Part shown: positions 36,014 through 47,793 of the stretch, piece by piece
How positions within the stretch are numbered: the first letter of the stretch is position 1
How the letters are laid out: every line of letters starts with the position of its first letter
Assembly (NCBI GenBank): GCA_965235115.1
Contig: OZ249436.1
Location: 54,066,001-54,130,000, forward strand
Direction of reading: 5' to 3'
Length of the DNA: 64,000 nucleotides
Origin: Laetmonice hystrix
Taxonomy: Eukaryota
The notes under the pieces: model-generated
The model's database searches: none
What the model was told of the DNA's origin: nothing
The model's input: the letters and a program-made list of their open reading frames with translations, nothing else
Made by a program: the position numbers and the translations under genes

Positions 36014-39000
36014 CTAATGTCCAGACAGTGAGTATCCCAGACACAGACAAAAAGGACAGACATACTTCAGACCAGCCTGACAGTGACTTACAGTTCAAAA
36101 TTGACAACCCAACTATTGAAGAGCATGAAAAACAGACACTTAAGAATTTCCTTCACAATAATAAACACATATTTGCTCGTTCAAAGTCAGATCTGGGACG
36201 CTCCTCAATTGTTCAACATGACATCGACACGGGTGAGGCCAAACCAACCTCTATGCGGTTCTATCGGACCTCACCTATGAAACGAAAGGTAATTGACAGT
36301 CAAGTTGATGAACTCCTGCAATTAGGGTTAATTAGGCCTTCCACATCTGAGTGGGCATCACCAGTTGTACTGGTCAAGAAGCCAGACGGGTCATGGCGTT
36401 TATGTTGTGATTACCGTAAACTTAATGCGGTGACACGGCCCCAGTCCTACCCACTCCCCAGATTAGAAGATGTCTGGGACGCCATTGGTGATAGCGGCGC
36501 GAAAGTCTTTACAACACTTGATATGTCGAATTCTTTCTGGCAATTTGCCATGCATCCAGACTCCGTTCACAAGACCTCCTTTGTTACACAGAATGGCCAA
36601 TATGAGTGGAACGTCTTACCATACGGCCCAGTCACCTTTATGCGTACAGTGCATCAGGCCCTGCGTGGACTCATTTTTAAATTCTGTGTAATATATGTCG
36701 ACGATATAATCTGTTTCAGTGCAAACATGGCCGACCACCTGGAACACCTAAAGTTGATTTTTGAACGGTTGAAAAAGGCTGGCTTAAAGCTTAACCCGCG
36801 CAAGTGTAATTTTGCCATCACAGAGGTCAAATATTTAGGACATCTTCTGTCGGCCGAAGGTATAAAACCAAACCCCGAGAAAACAGCCATAGTTGACACC
36901 TTTCCAGTCCCTAAGAATGCGAAAGAGGTACGGTCATTTCTAGGTCTCACAAATTATTATCGTCGCTTTATTCAAAATTATTCCAAGATTGCAGCTCCAC
37001 TCTACCATCTGTTACATCAAGATGTTCCGTTCAACTGGACTAATGAGTGTCAGGATGCTTTCAATCAGCTGAAAAACAGGTTAGTTGAAGACCCCATCAT
37101 AGGTTACCCTGACATGAAGAAACAGTTCTACCTGACAACTGATGCCAGCCTGACAGGCCTGGGCTATATTCTCACTCAAAGAGGTGACGATAAAAGGGAA
37201 GTTGTTATTGCCTATGGTGGGAGAGCTCTTCGTGACGCTGAGACACGCTACTCAGCCACAGAGTTGGAAATGCTGGCCGTTAAGGAAGGTATCTTTACCT
37301 ATAGACCCTACCTTGAGGACAAGCCATTTACCCTCATTACAGACCACGAGCCGTTAAAATATATACATAAGTTTAAAGCACATAACAAGCGACTAGGTGA
37401 CATGGCATTGTTCCTCCAGGGGTACACATTTGATGTGCAATATAAAGCAGGGAAATCAAATGTAAATGCAGACAGTCTATCACGTCGGCCATATGATACA
37501 CCCCTTGAGGGAGCCCCACCAAAGGTCCATGAGGAGCTCACACCCTCAGCCCTGACGATCTCCCCAACTGTGGGCGGTGTATCGTACCAAGCACTTCTGG
37601 GTGACACCATTGATGGTTCCATTTCAAGTATTGAACCATGTGACATGGCTGCTCTCCAGAGACAATGTCCCCAGGTGGGAGAGCTGTACTCCTTTCACGT
37701 GGATGGCACGCTTCCCCTGGACCCAGAAAAAGCTAACGTCTTCTATAAAACTGAAGACCAGTATATTGTGGATAATGAGGTACTCTACCACATATACTTT
37801 CCCACAAATCGGCGAAGGCCTGAAAACGTGATTAAACAGCTAGTGGTCCCATTGTGTGAGCGTAAGACTCTGATATCCAAATATCATGACAACATGGTAG
37901 GTGGGGGACATCAGGGACTTGATCGCACCTACAGTGCACTTGTCTTAAAATACTTTTGGGCCAAGATGTACTCACAAATACAGCAATATATTGCATCATG
38001 TGATGTGTGTCAGCGGACAAAGAAGCGCCACCCAAAACCACCACCCCTAACACCTATGCCAGTAGTTCCACCATTGCACAAATGGCACATGGATTTCCTT
38101 CAGTTAAAAACAAGCCCTGAAGGATACCGCTATTTGTTGCTATTTGTAGACAGTGGGTCGAAGTGGTGCGAGGCCATCCCGACAAAGCGTCAAGATGCAG
38201 AGACAGTCGCCAAGCACCTGTATGAGACCATTGTCACCCGATATGGGGCTCCAGCGGAAATCGTGTCAGACTTAGGGCAACAATTTAAATCTAAACTGAT
38301 CAAGGCATTGGCAGAATTGTACGATATAAAACAAACATTTACATCGCCATACCACCCACAAACAAACGCAGCATGTGAGCGGATGAACTCATTCATCATA
38401 AAAACCATCCGGGCATTTTGCAAGCCTGATCAGTCTGACTGGCCAAGAATCATACCTTCAGTTATGATGGCGTATAGAGCAATGCCAGCTACTAGGTCCC
38501 ATGAACTTTCACCATATCAAGTTTTGTTTGGCAAAAGCATGTTTGTCCCAGGAGACGCTAACTTGCTCCCAAAACCCACAATGCCAAAATCATACCAAGA
38601 AGTTCTGCATAATCATCTCGACGATATTAAAGTTTGTCGTGAGGTTGCCAAAAGAAACTTGGTACAAAGTCAGACATTGAATCGTATGGAGCATGACAAG
38701 AACAAACATGCTCAAGTCCCGACCTTTCAGGTAGGTCAAAAGGTCTTGATGAGGAACGAAGCAGTACCTGTTGGCCTGGTGCCTAAGCTTCATCCTCCAC
38801 ACAAAGGCCCCTATTGGATCACTCGCTTTGGTCCCAATTTCACATACCATTTGCAGGACGTTGATGGCAAACATCTTACTGGAGCCATCAATGGTCGAAG
38901 GCTCATTCCTTACCTGGATCGGCTGGAGCTTGAGCAACCAGACCCAGTAGCCTCGACACCTGACACCCCATCAAATTCTGATGACACTCGAAGTGGTCCT

Positions 39001-39513
39001 CAGTCAATCACACGTCAACAACTGCTTGACGAAATACGGGGAATTATCGAGTCACAAAACACAGTGCCAGACACAGGTGACACCCCACGTGATGAACAAC
39101 CCACACACCCACGTGACTCAACAGTTAATGTGGAAACAACACAGGCTGAAAAGCCAGCGGCACAGGCCTCATCAACAAACTCTAAGACATCTCACACTGT
39201 CCAACCAGCACCCAAGGTGGCTGAGAGACAAGCATTAGATGCTACACAAACAAGGTCACAAGCAGACAACTCAGACGGCCCAACCTCTGAGCCAAACACA
39301 AATCCCCGCATTATTGTGGAGGTGGTCAAAATGACACAAAGTAAAGGAGTGAAATATTGCAGAGTAAAACTACAAAATTGCTCACGTCGAATCTGGGTGG
39401 ACGAAAAGAGTGTGCCTACTGACATACTGGAGCAGTTCAAGGCAACAAAAACCATGTCGGGAAAGGCTAGAAAAAAGAAATCACTCAAATATTTCTGCCC
39501 AAACAAAAACTAA
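35986..39513 (+). CDS. pol: Pol RT-RNase H-integrase with chromo-like tail; -1 frame relative to protease
   Basis: WASPVVLVKK, DYRKLN, YVDD, FLGLTNYYRRFI, TDAS, YSATELE, TDH, H-X6-H...CDVC, WHMDF / IVSDLG / CERMN, GPY. Four codons appear to be missing after LPYG. Confidence 0.95.
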   Translation: MAYGRKISLANVQTVSIPDTDKKDRHTSDQPDSDLQFKIDNPTIEEHEKQTLKNFLHNNKHIFARSKSDLGRSSIVQHDIDTGEAKPTSMRFYRTSPMKRKVIDSQVDELLQLGLIRPSTSEWASPVVLVKKPDGSWRLCCDYRKLNAVTRPQSYPLPRLEDVWDAIGDSGAKVFTTLDMSNSFWQFAMHPDSVHKTSFVTQNGQYEWNVLPYGPVTFMRTVHQALRGLIFKFCVIYVDDIICFSANMADHLEHLKLIFERLKKAGLKLNPRKCNFAITEVKYLGHLLSAEGIKPNPEKTAIVDTFPVPKNAKEVRSFLGLTNYYRRFIQNYSKIAAPLYHLLHQDVPFNWTNECQDAFNQLKNRLVEDPIIGYPDMKKQFYLTTDASLTGLGYILTQRGDDKREVVIAYGGRALRDAETRYSATELEMLAVKEGIFTYRPYLEDKPFTLITDHEPLKYIHKFKAHNKRLGDMALFLQGYTFDVQYKAGKSNVNADSLSRRPYDTPLEGAPPKVHEELTPSALTISPTVGGVSYQALLGDTIDGSISSIEPCDMAALQRQCPQVGELYSFHVDGTLPLDPEKANVFYKTEDQYIVDNEVLYHIYFPTNRRRPENVIKQLVVPLCERKTLISKYHDNMVGGGHQGLDRTYSALVLKYFWAKMYSQIQQYIASCDVCQRTKKRHPKPPPLTPMPVVPPLHKWHMDFLQLKTSPEGYRYLLLFVDSGSKWCEAIPTKRQDAETVAKHLYETIVTRYGAPAEIVSDLGQQFKSKLIKALAELYDIKQTFTSPYHPQTNAACERMNSFIIKTIRAFCKPDQSDWPRIIPSVMMAYRAMPATRSHELSPYQVLFGKSMFVPGDANLLPKPTMPKSYQEVLHNHLDDIKVCREVAKRNLVQSQTLNRMEHDKNKHAQVPTFQVGQKVLMRNEAVPVGLVPKLHPPHKGPYWITRFGPNFTYHLQDVDGKHLTGAINGRRLIPYLDRLELEQPDPVASTPDTPSNSDDTRSGPQSITRQQLLDEIRGIIESQNTVPDTGDTPRDEQPTHPRDSTVNVETTQAEKPAAQASSTNSKTSHTVQPAPKVAERQALDATQTRSQADNSDGPTSEPNTNPRIIVEVVKMTQSKGVKYCRVKLQNCSRRIWVDEKSVPTDILEQFKATKTMSGKARKKKSLKYFCPNKN

Positions 39514-39892
39514 CCAGTAACATAAAAAAAAACATAAAAAACAAAACAAACAAACAAAAAAAGGAAGGAAGACTAAAAGAATAACCAAGACAAACAAGAG
39601 CTCATCTAAAGTTACTTAATTATCTGTGGCAATAGTTTTGTTAAACACATGACGGGAAGGGATGCCATATGTTCTGGGCTGCTTACATTAGGGGAGGTGG
39701 ACAACGTTTACATGCAATAGTGCCAGTTACAGGTAAAATGAAAGCACTCATATAAATCATTATTGACTGTCCAAAAGGGTAGCAGGTCTATCCATTGTAG
39801 AGTAGGTCACACAGTCTTCACCGTCATCTTCATATTCTCATTCATAAGTGCCTGTGCTGCACCGGCTGCATCGCCTCCGTTGCCTGCTAGGA

Positions 39893-40291
39893 ATGCCGGC
39901 TCCGTTCCTGCTGATGTTGCTGTGCTTCGGCACAGCTCAAGCCGCCCCAGACAAGGTATTCCGATTAAACTACGGGATCATATTCAACCGTGTCGGATCG
40001 TTTCACACTGTTTACGACCGCTGGTTCCATACGTTTCACGTCAATCTACCGTCAGAATTGCCACAGTCAGTGTACTATTGTGGTTATGCAACAGAACAGG
40101 GCAATTACGACCGCTTCATGCTCTTCCAGCACGGAAAGTACTGCTATAACGTTAACATTTCCCCACTTAATTGTCCTAATGTCCAACACTATTTAACCCC
40201 AGTTCAACTGTGTCTTCTAATTGAGGTATATATATATATACAAACAGTGACGTACCATACCATAAATGCAGTGACTTATAACTTAGGCTGA
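39893..40291 (+). CDS. env: Env-like ORF (N-terminus of a class I fusion/F-like protein), 132 aa, truncated
   Basis: Third-ORF position after pol. Signal-peptide-like MPAPFLLMLLCFGTAQA, then RLNYGIIF...W.HTF..NLP, resembling recalled invertebrate Gypsy env N-termini. Confidence 0.65.
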   Translation: MPAPFLLMLLCFGTAQAAPDKVFRLNYGIIFNRVGSFHTVYDRWFHTFHVNLPSELPQSVYYCGYATEQGNYDRFMLFQHGKYCYNVNISPLNCPNVQHYLTPVQLCLLIEVYIYIQTVTYHTINAVTYNLG

Positions 40292-40832
40292 ACAGGGTGC
40301 ACCGATCCTCGCCTCCAGAAAACGAACAATTCCTGCTGTGCACAAGCAGGACAGGACGCCTCACTCCAGTTGGTCGTGGTCAACGAGCGCGGGCACTTGA
40401 GGCACGTATCATCAACACTCGTGGGTAACTAACCACACATTTTGTGACACAAAAAGTGCCTCCCACAAACTCTCGTGGACCTTACATCTCGCGCCATCAA
40501 CCACGGCATGATCATTTACAGTGGTACTCAAATAGGCTGGTGCCCGCGACGCCGTAGACCAACCAACAACCCAACTATAACCGGAGTGATGACACATAGT
40601 CACAACTTTCTTTAAAATTGACACTGTAATCAATATTGTTTATGTTCTGACACTGGAATTTTTGTTAGATTTAAGTGTGTAGTGTAGTAGGTGGTGGGTA
40701 TCATAATATATTATACTTGTCAAATACGGTATATGATCAGAAATTTTCATTTGGTTCACTCCAAATATCTCGGAGATAAACATTATGTACAGAATTGGAT
40801 GTAGTCTCTTAGGCACGGTATATTACATACAT

Positions 40833-41114
40833 ATCCGCCTTCTTTATCTTTTGAGCACCATGCTAGTGTTCACCCTTTTTGACCAGTTACCGCTGTACGA
40901 ATATGTCTAACTTGTAATATTAAAACAGTTGTCTGCCAAGTCTTCAAACCCCCAACGTGCTGTTACGTCGTTCCTCTTGCCAAGCTTCTCCCCCCTTAAC
41001 ATTGCTTTAGTAATCAGCACGATCCCTCAGTATAACAAACAAGTAGTAGGGGGTAACGCAACTATCCCAAACAACGCCCCAAAACAACAACAACGCCCCC
41101 CCCCCCCTACGAAA
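40833..41114 (+). repeat. 3' LTR remnant (PPT and U3 deleted)
   Basis: Matches 33750-34026 apart from the poly-C length. Joined to internal sequence through a 2-nt AT microhomology. Confidence 0.88.
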
Positions 41115-44100
41115 GTTGTATGATTCTATAACATGACATGCAACAGGTAGGTGCCAAGCTGCGAAACAAAATAGGGTAAATCGATCAAATTTATAAAGAT
41201 ATATAAGTTCATTACAAGAGTACACCTTTGCCTTTCCAACAAATTGTTGAAATCAAAGTTACGAAATCATTATGATAGGCAGCATAATACGCACGTCAAT
41301 TTTTGTCGAAGCTTCGGTGCATATGGCCAGCACTTGTTCGTGTCCAACAACAACGCTGAGTGGCATTTGTTGGCATGGATTTGCAAACGACCGACAATAT
41401 TTATGGCAGCAACAATTCAAATGCCGTTTGTAGTATACATGCCATGTATACTACACCATGATGGTGCCCCATAAAATGTATACAGAAAAGTATAACGCAT
41501 GCTTTGCCAATGTTAACAATAGTTGAGCAATACAAATCTGAGATAACCTGTAGTGCAGAGCCTTGACTTTGATTACTGTACAACAACGAGTAAATGCACT
41601 TGTTCGGATTTCTCCAACCGACAGGTCACCGTTTGGGGGTCAAAACGGACACTTACCGCAGTGCTGGGTGGCATTAAAGGTAATATGTCACGAATTTCAA
41701 ATAATACGTCGTGTTTCAGCAAAAATATGTCTGCATTGCGGTTCTCCGATATGGCCCAAAGGTCCACTACCTGTTTATCGAGCTTTGGCCGGTATTTTGT
41801 AAAAAAAAAAATCGCCAATTCCTAATGCGGTCACTGAAAATGACACACTTAGATTCCGAGACCCCGGGATTTGCAGCCGGCTGTCTTTTGTACCCTTTTC
41901 ATACGATCGGCGGATGGGCCATTATAGCGCGTGTTTACATCTCGAGTAATCACAGCGAGAGTCACGTGATCATGGGACCCGTTCAAACGATTCGCGGCAG
42001 CCAAAGGGGGGGGGGGGGCAAAATGGCGGATTCATCGCACTTTGCGGACACTGCAGCTAGTTTTATTCATTTTTACATGAGGGAGAATTTCACAGCTGTC
42101 TATACTCGTATCAATATGGAAAACAATCAGTGCCATAAAGTACGTCAGTGGTGAGCAGGTAAGCAGAAAACTGAAGATTTCGGTCGATACCCCCCGTGAC
42201 ATATTTCCTTTAAAGAAATGTATACGCATTAGACTACTCACCGTGTTGCACTGACCACAATTTTCGGACCTATACATTGACTTCCAATTCAGGTTTTAAG
42301 ACCCTAATTTCTCACTAGTTCTTAAGCTGTTGGTTTCTGATCTGGCTTAATCACTATGTTTGAGCGATGTCTTTTTTTTTGACAAGGGGGACATCTCTTT
42401 GTTTAGGATTTGGGGATATGGGACTATAGTTCTATATGTCTATAGTTCAACTTTTAACTTATGCCACATTATGGAGAGTTTTAATTCTTACTGTCCTAAG
42501 TGACACCTTGTAAAATTTCAGACGCCCGGTTGTCCGCAACATCACAAAATAACATGTTGAAACTGTTACCATAAGGACCGAATGATTCATAGTAAAGCTC
42601 GTTACCATAAAAGGAATATTAGGAATGTGTGGACAGTACAGATTGTGATCATTATGAATTAGAATATTATTAAGCTTTTATTCTTTACAACCTGCTTACC
42701 CGTGCTCTTGTATCAGACATCTCCGATGACCGGCATGTTCAGTCACCCGTGTTTGGGGCAATTGTTTTCACAGATGGGAGGTTCATCAGAGTTGTGGATG
42801 CAGGAATAGAAGCCGGTTTCTGTCGACCCCAGCCCTTCTATATTTTGTTCTACTGTTTGCCCTTACCTCCAGCATGTCTGGCCATCCGGCTACCCATTGG
42901 CTCCAGGGGTTTTCGAAGAACGAAATGCATGGTGTTTCGTTTTACGCACAAATGCTCTGTCCCGTAAACCTCAGATCACCCCAATCGGTCAAGTAGAACG
43001 ACAGATATGAATAGACATGGTTATTTTCTCCATTCAGTCTCATGTTCAGTAGCCTATGATTGGCGATTGTTTACCATGCAACGGGGCCTCTAGGCCCGAA
43101 ATTTAATTGCGCCTTGGCGTCGGAACTTTTGCTTTCCATATCACTCAAAACAAAGGGTTGTTATTCCGTCAATTGACTACAATAGTCTACATGTCCTATT
43201 AAAACATTGTCAAACGGTTGTGGAACAGACTCAGGACTTCGATGACGATGATACGATGCACGCGTGACAAATATTTGACAACCCGAAGGTTGTCATAGGG
43301 TGATCAACTTGCGGGGTTATAGGGGAACAAGTTTGTCAGAATGACGACCTTTATTATTAACTGTGATTAACAACTTAAGTCCCGATAAAGTCGTCGTAGT
43401 CTTGTTATAGGATTTCCCCTGGGGGGATGGGTATTGCAAATAACGCCTATAGATTAGGCCTCGGGGAATCTAGGGCCCGTTTTCTCGAACAAACTTAGGC
43501 CTAACTTGCCCTAAGTCGACCGGTTCACACCTGGCATATTCTTATTCTTAAGCAGACGCATTTGCGGTCGATTGCCTTCTACCTTGAATCATTAGAGTGC
43601 GTTTGCGATGACGGCGTTCTTAAAGAGGCAGGTAAAATTCCTCATTAACGTACCTTTGACCACCAGTAACACCATGTGAAGTGTCTAAGGTCTCGCCGAT
43701 AAGCGGATCACTGTCTAAGGCGACTTTTAAAAATACCGTCTGGGTCATTCGCTATTTTCACACGCTACGCCGCCACTGGCTTCATCGGACACTCACTCAC
43801 TCACTACGACTGCACTACTGACTGTGTACTCTTACCGGTGACAGCAGACACCTTTTTCTCCCCCTTATTGGGGCATGTTAACAAATACAGAGTTTGTGTG
43901 CGGCTATCGTTTGCAACCCTCTCTGAAATCGTCAATGAATCTGCCGCCATCATGGGCATGTTTCTTGTAAAAGTGGAATCGCAGTGGGACGGGAATAGCG
44001 GCACCCTGGCTGGGAATCTGCGTGGTTCGTTCCGCCTGGCGGCCACATAACAATTCGTGGACTAGTAGGGCAGACAAGCAGACGAAGCCAACGGGAGAAT

Positions 44101-46564
44101 GCCTAGCTACATTTCAGTTGATTATTCCTTTATTAAAGATCAGACCATCACAGGATTGTAGGTAGGAACAAGCTTGTTCATGCTGAACACCCTTATATTG
44201 ATAGTTTGAACTTTTCTATGGCCTTTAACGCGAAGCATTGGGAAATTTCCAAACTTTCGCCACCGCTGCCGCTGCCGCGTACACTTCTCTTGCGGTCCAT
44301 ATCTGAACCTGTTGATAGCGGGGTCAAAAAGTCATCAGCTGACTTCGAACAGGTCAGGGAATTATCATGTGGCACCCCATTTAAAATAGCTAAGGGGCAG
44401 GGGCGCCGTTGATTATAGTAGATACCCCCAACCGTGTGATTGAATCCAGTCAACCATGACGTAGAGGTCTAGTCGCAAGAATGACTATAGAAGCCCATGC
44501 ATGGTAACCGGTTTGGTCCAAATCCCCCCTGACTCGTTTTCCATTAATCCTGGTGTCAAACAAGTAACATTTCGAATAATAACCCTTGTGCATGCCGATT
44601 TCGACGTCGTACAGGCGCCCTGTCTATAGGCATCGAGTCTCGCTCTATGTGTCCCAGTGGCGTAGGCCTATCCAGCAATTATTAAAGGGATCAGAGCGCA
44701 CGCACTTTTAGAAGCCCAAACTGGTTCTGTCCAACCCTAACTATATTATTTGAACGCATTTAAAGGTGCTATTCGTGGGAAAAAGTTCATTTTTTTATTT
44801 TTTATTTTGTTGACGTTTATGTGATCCCACCTATCATGGAAATAGATTCACAACCAAAGAAATAAAAAGTTTTCATGGATAATGGCACAAATGGGGCTCT
44901 CTCAGAAGGGTTGTGGAGACCCTGACACGCCCCCATGCAGGAAATGGCTCTATCTTGGTGCGCACCGAGATAGGTTACAAATGCTGCACGCAGACTAATA
45001 ATAGAAGGTCCATCAGGCCAATGGTATCGGTAGGAATTTTTTCTAGTAGTATGTGCACAATTTATGATAGGAGAAATGCCATTCTGTGCGAGACGAATAG
45101 CACCTTTAACAAGGAACTGGCCTGATACTGGCGAATGACTCATAATAACGGAGACTTTTTAGTGGCAACTTGGGACTCTTTTGCCTTGCGACTTGTGCGC
45201 GGACCGCCGAAGGTCGACCTGTTCACACCCCGACTGTGACTGTGCGACGTCAGTGGCGCGCTCTCGGCGTGGTCAGGCAGAAGGGCATTCCCCCAACATG
45301 TGCGATGGGATATGACGGTTCACTCAGTGCCTCGCTACACAGGTCGATTTTGCCATGTATCTGGTTGCCAATGGCGCCCATTTCACCCGAGGGGATATGC
45401 AGAAATGACGTCATATGCCCGAGGGAATCCCGAATGACATTCGTGCCTACATTCGTCTCATTACTTGCTGCAACGGTTCTGTGGCCTGGCCTAACAGTGG
45501 ACGGGTACTACCCAGGTGGCAGGGCCAGGGATAGGCGGACAGTTAGGTTGGGGGTTCATTGGGAGTAGGAGCACACGTGCGAAACCGGGCTCGAGCAAGG
45601 CCGAGGTTGGGGGTGAAGCACTCACCATGACCATGTAGTCACTTTTAGGAAAAGGCACATGCCGACTGCAGTGCCTAGCCACTGCAGGCCTGCTGATGGC
45701 AGCTTTTGAATCGTAACATTTCCTAATACTAGTAATAGTTAACATCTTTGAAGTTGACAGTTGGCAGCCGTTTGCCGTTGGCGGCTGTTTGGTATGGTGA
45801 TGACGGCCGGATGCTATAGGGTACCGGATACACCCGGGATTCTGTCTCGGTCCTATCGCGCATCATTATCTCAAAGTCGCTTTTTAGAACACTTTCGGCG
45901 CTAAAACTTGCTGAGGGGTCACAAAAGAGGTTACTCCAACAGATACGTAAATTTATTTTGTTGGATGTTATCTTAGTAGGTGAAATTCTCGGTTTGTTTG
46001 GTCTAATACAGCGCAGCGTAGGCGACGAGCGGTGACCCAGTTTATCGGGTGTGCGTATTTCCGATCCGGAACGGACAGCACAAGCACGACCACCCCTTCT
46101 GACTGTGCCCCCCACCCTAGGACACCCCTCCTGGATCCGCCCCTGCATGGAGCTACTTTACTGTAGGCTACACATGATTGAAGGTCAGTGATCTTTGTTT
46201 ACACGTTAGATAGATTTATAGTCCCACAGTTTTTAAAACCTGTAAAATCAGCTTAAATTGTATCACATGCAAAACTTTATAAATTGAAATGAGACCAACC
46301 CGCACAATGTAATGTGGGTTGCAACCTCCCCTATCCTTGCAAACATTTTTCTTTTTTACTTATGAGGTTTCTTTTATAACCCCCACACATCCACCCCCAC
46401 ACCCCTCCACAGCCACCACACCTCCACACCCACACCTCCCCCCCCCACACCCACCCACACGGTTCGATCTGTTGTCACTGTCAGGGCCGCGCCCAGAGAT
46501 TGGTGCGGGGGGGGGGGGGGTTATTGGTGCAGGGGGGGGGGGGGGTTAAGGTGGACGGATCCGA

Positions 46565-47226
46565 GGGCGTGTTTGTTTCACGCACTGGTTCCATGAATTT
46601 GACCGCGATCGCTGAACTGGCCGTTTGTTTTCGTCGGGTCACTGATCGAGTTCCGGGACCCGCTGATCCTGCTGGCGTGGTGGGTCAGCCCGGGATCCAA
46701 AATGGCGGACGATCAGTTCAAAAGGAAACTGATCGCGATCACTGACCTGCACGTTTGTTTTCGCCGGTTCACTGAGTGAGTGAGTGAGTAGTTGGTGTTT
46801 AACGCCCAGTCAGCAGTATTTCAGCTATTTCAGGGCGAGAACAAGGTAACTAACTCAGTCGGTGAAATCCATTGGGTGATAATGAGATGATAGGAGGAAA
46901 CCTGGCATCGGGGCGAACCCCTACTCTTATCGATAGGTGCCAAGGGATCTTTAACGTGCCCCTCCACATAGACGTATCGTGACACGGCCGGCCTTTGATA
47001 AAGCAGTCGGCAGCACTGCTTATGCAGGAAAGTCCGGCGCGGCCGCGGATCGAACCCAAGACCCTTGGATCAAAGGTCCTGTGCTCTAACCACTGCGCCA
47101 CCCCGGTCCCCCCCGGTTCACTGAGAGTGAACGGGGTTGGGTGCAGTAGCGTTTGTTTGCGCGTGTAAATTAGGTCAGTGATCGCGATCCGGGTCCGCGG
47201 ATCCTGCGCGTGAAACAAACACGCCC
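46565..47226. mobile_element. Harbinger-like MITE hosting a SINE
   Basis: TIR GGGCGTGTTTGTTTCACGC. Confidence 0.65.
46777..47112 (-). mobile_element. tRNA-derived SINE with Meta-like central domain
   Basis: A box TGGCGCAGTGG, B box GGTTCGATCC, core TAAAGATCCCTTG...AAGAGTAG...GGTTTCCTC, (ACTC)n tail, 13-bp TSD CCGGTTCACTGAG. Confidence 0.85.
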
Positions 47227-47389
47227 CAAGTATTAGTTGGACATAAAAAGCCTAAAAAAAGATTGTCTGTCTCGGTTCCTGACGACAAAGTATAGCCCTA
47301 GCCTAGCCCTCGTCCTGGATCTCGACGACGTCAGTCATTGACTAATCCACTCTCCGCCGCAAGATGTCACTGCTGTCTGGATATAACAT

Positions 47390-47793
47390 CACGCTCACAT
47401 TCGCGCCCATTTGCTGAAATGAACGCTCACAGATCCTGCACGGGACTCTGGGCAAGCCGCAGGGGGTAACGAGGACACCGGGGCGAACTACTTTCACCGT
47501 AGCACATGGAAGACATGGCTTCCCGCGTGACACCAGTCAAACCGGCGGCGGTTCTAAGCTCAAGACGCTCAACCAGCGTAAGTTTAATTCAAGACCTGTT
47601 CAACAACATCAGTCATCTTGCCGACGGGCACGCACTACTTTGTATCCACGGTGTAGTAATCTAACGAGTGTGACGAGTGAGGTGGCGCGGATGCTCCTAA
47701 TCGGGCCGTGGGTGATATGTAATCTGCGAGAGTGCTTTCCCCGCACGAACGAAGATTGCCGAAGATTGCCGAAAGGACTCTAGTGTGAGAATG
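47390..47793 (+). mobile_element. Second copy of the 19736-20138 element
   Basis: Near-identical direct repeat. Confidence 0.7.

Larger units (their letters stand above)
25052..41114 (+). mobile_element. Ty3/Gypsy LTR retrotransposon with env-like ORF, internally rearranged (single insertion)
   Basis: 4-bp TSD GTTG (25048-25051, 41115-41118). Terminal inverted repeat TATCGTAGGG / CCCTACGAAA. Order gag-PR-RT-RH-INT-env. Direct LTR repeat 33750-34026 = 40833-41114. Confidence 0.9.

Noticed and set aside
30552..39506. Numerous 60-115-aa ORFs overlapping gag and pol
   Set aside because: Shadow ORFs in alternative frames, duplicated only because the region is duplicated.
26154..40834. Inverted arms as a simple fold-back read artefact
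   Set aside because: The arms differ by several substitutions, a TSD-flanked 3-kb insertion and a deletion, which a read chimera would not produce. Haplotype mis-joining still needs a long-read check.
43804..44453. Exon-like minus-strand ORFs
   Set aside because: No coherent gene model or recognisable domain.
47030..47112. tRNA genes here and at 48680-48784
   Set aside because: They are SINE heads followed by SINE core and tail and flanked by TSDs, with no full cloverleaf.
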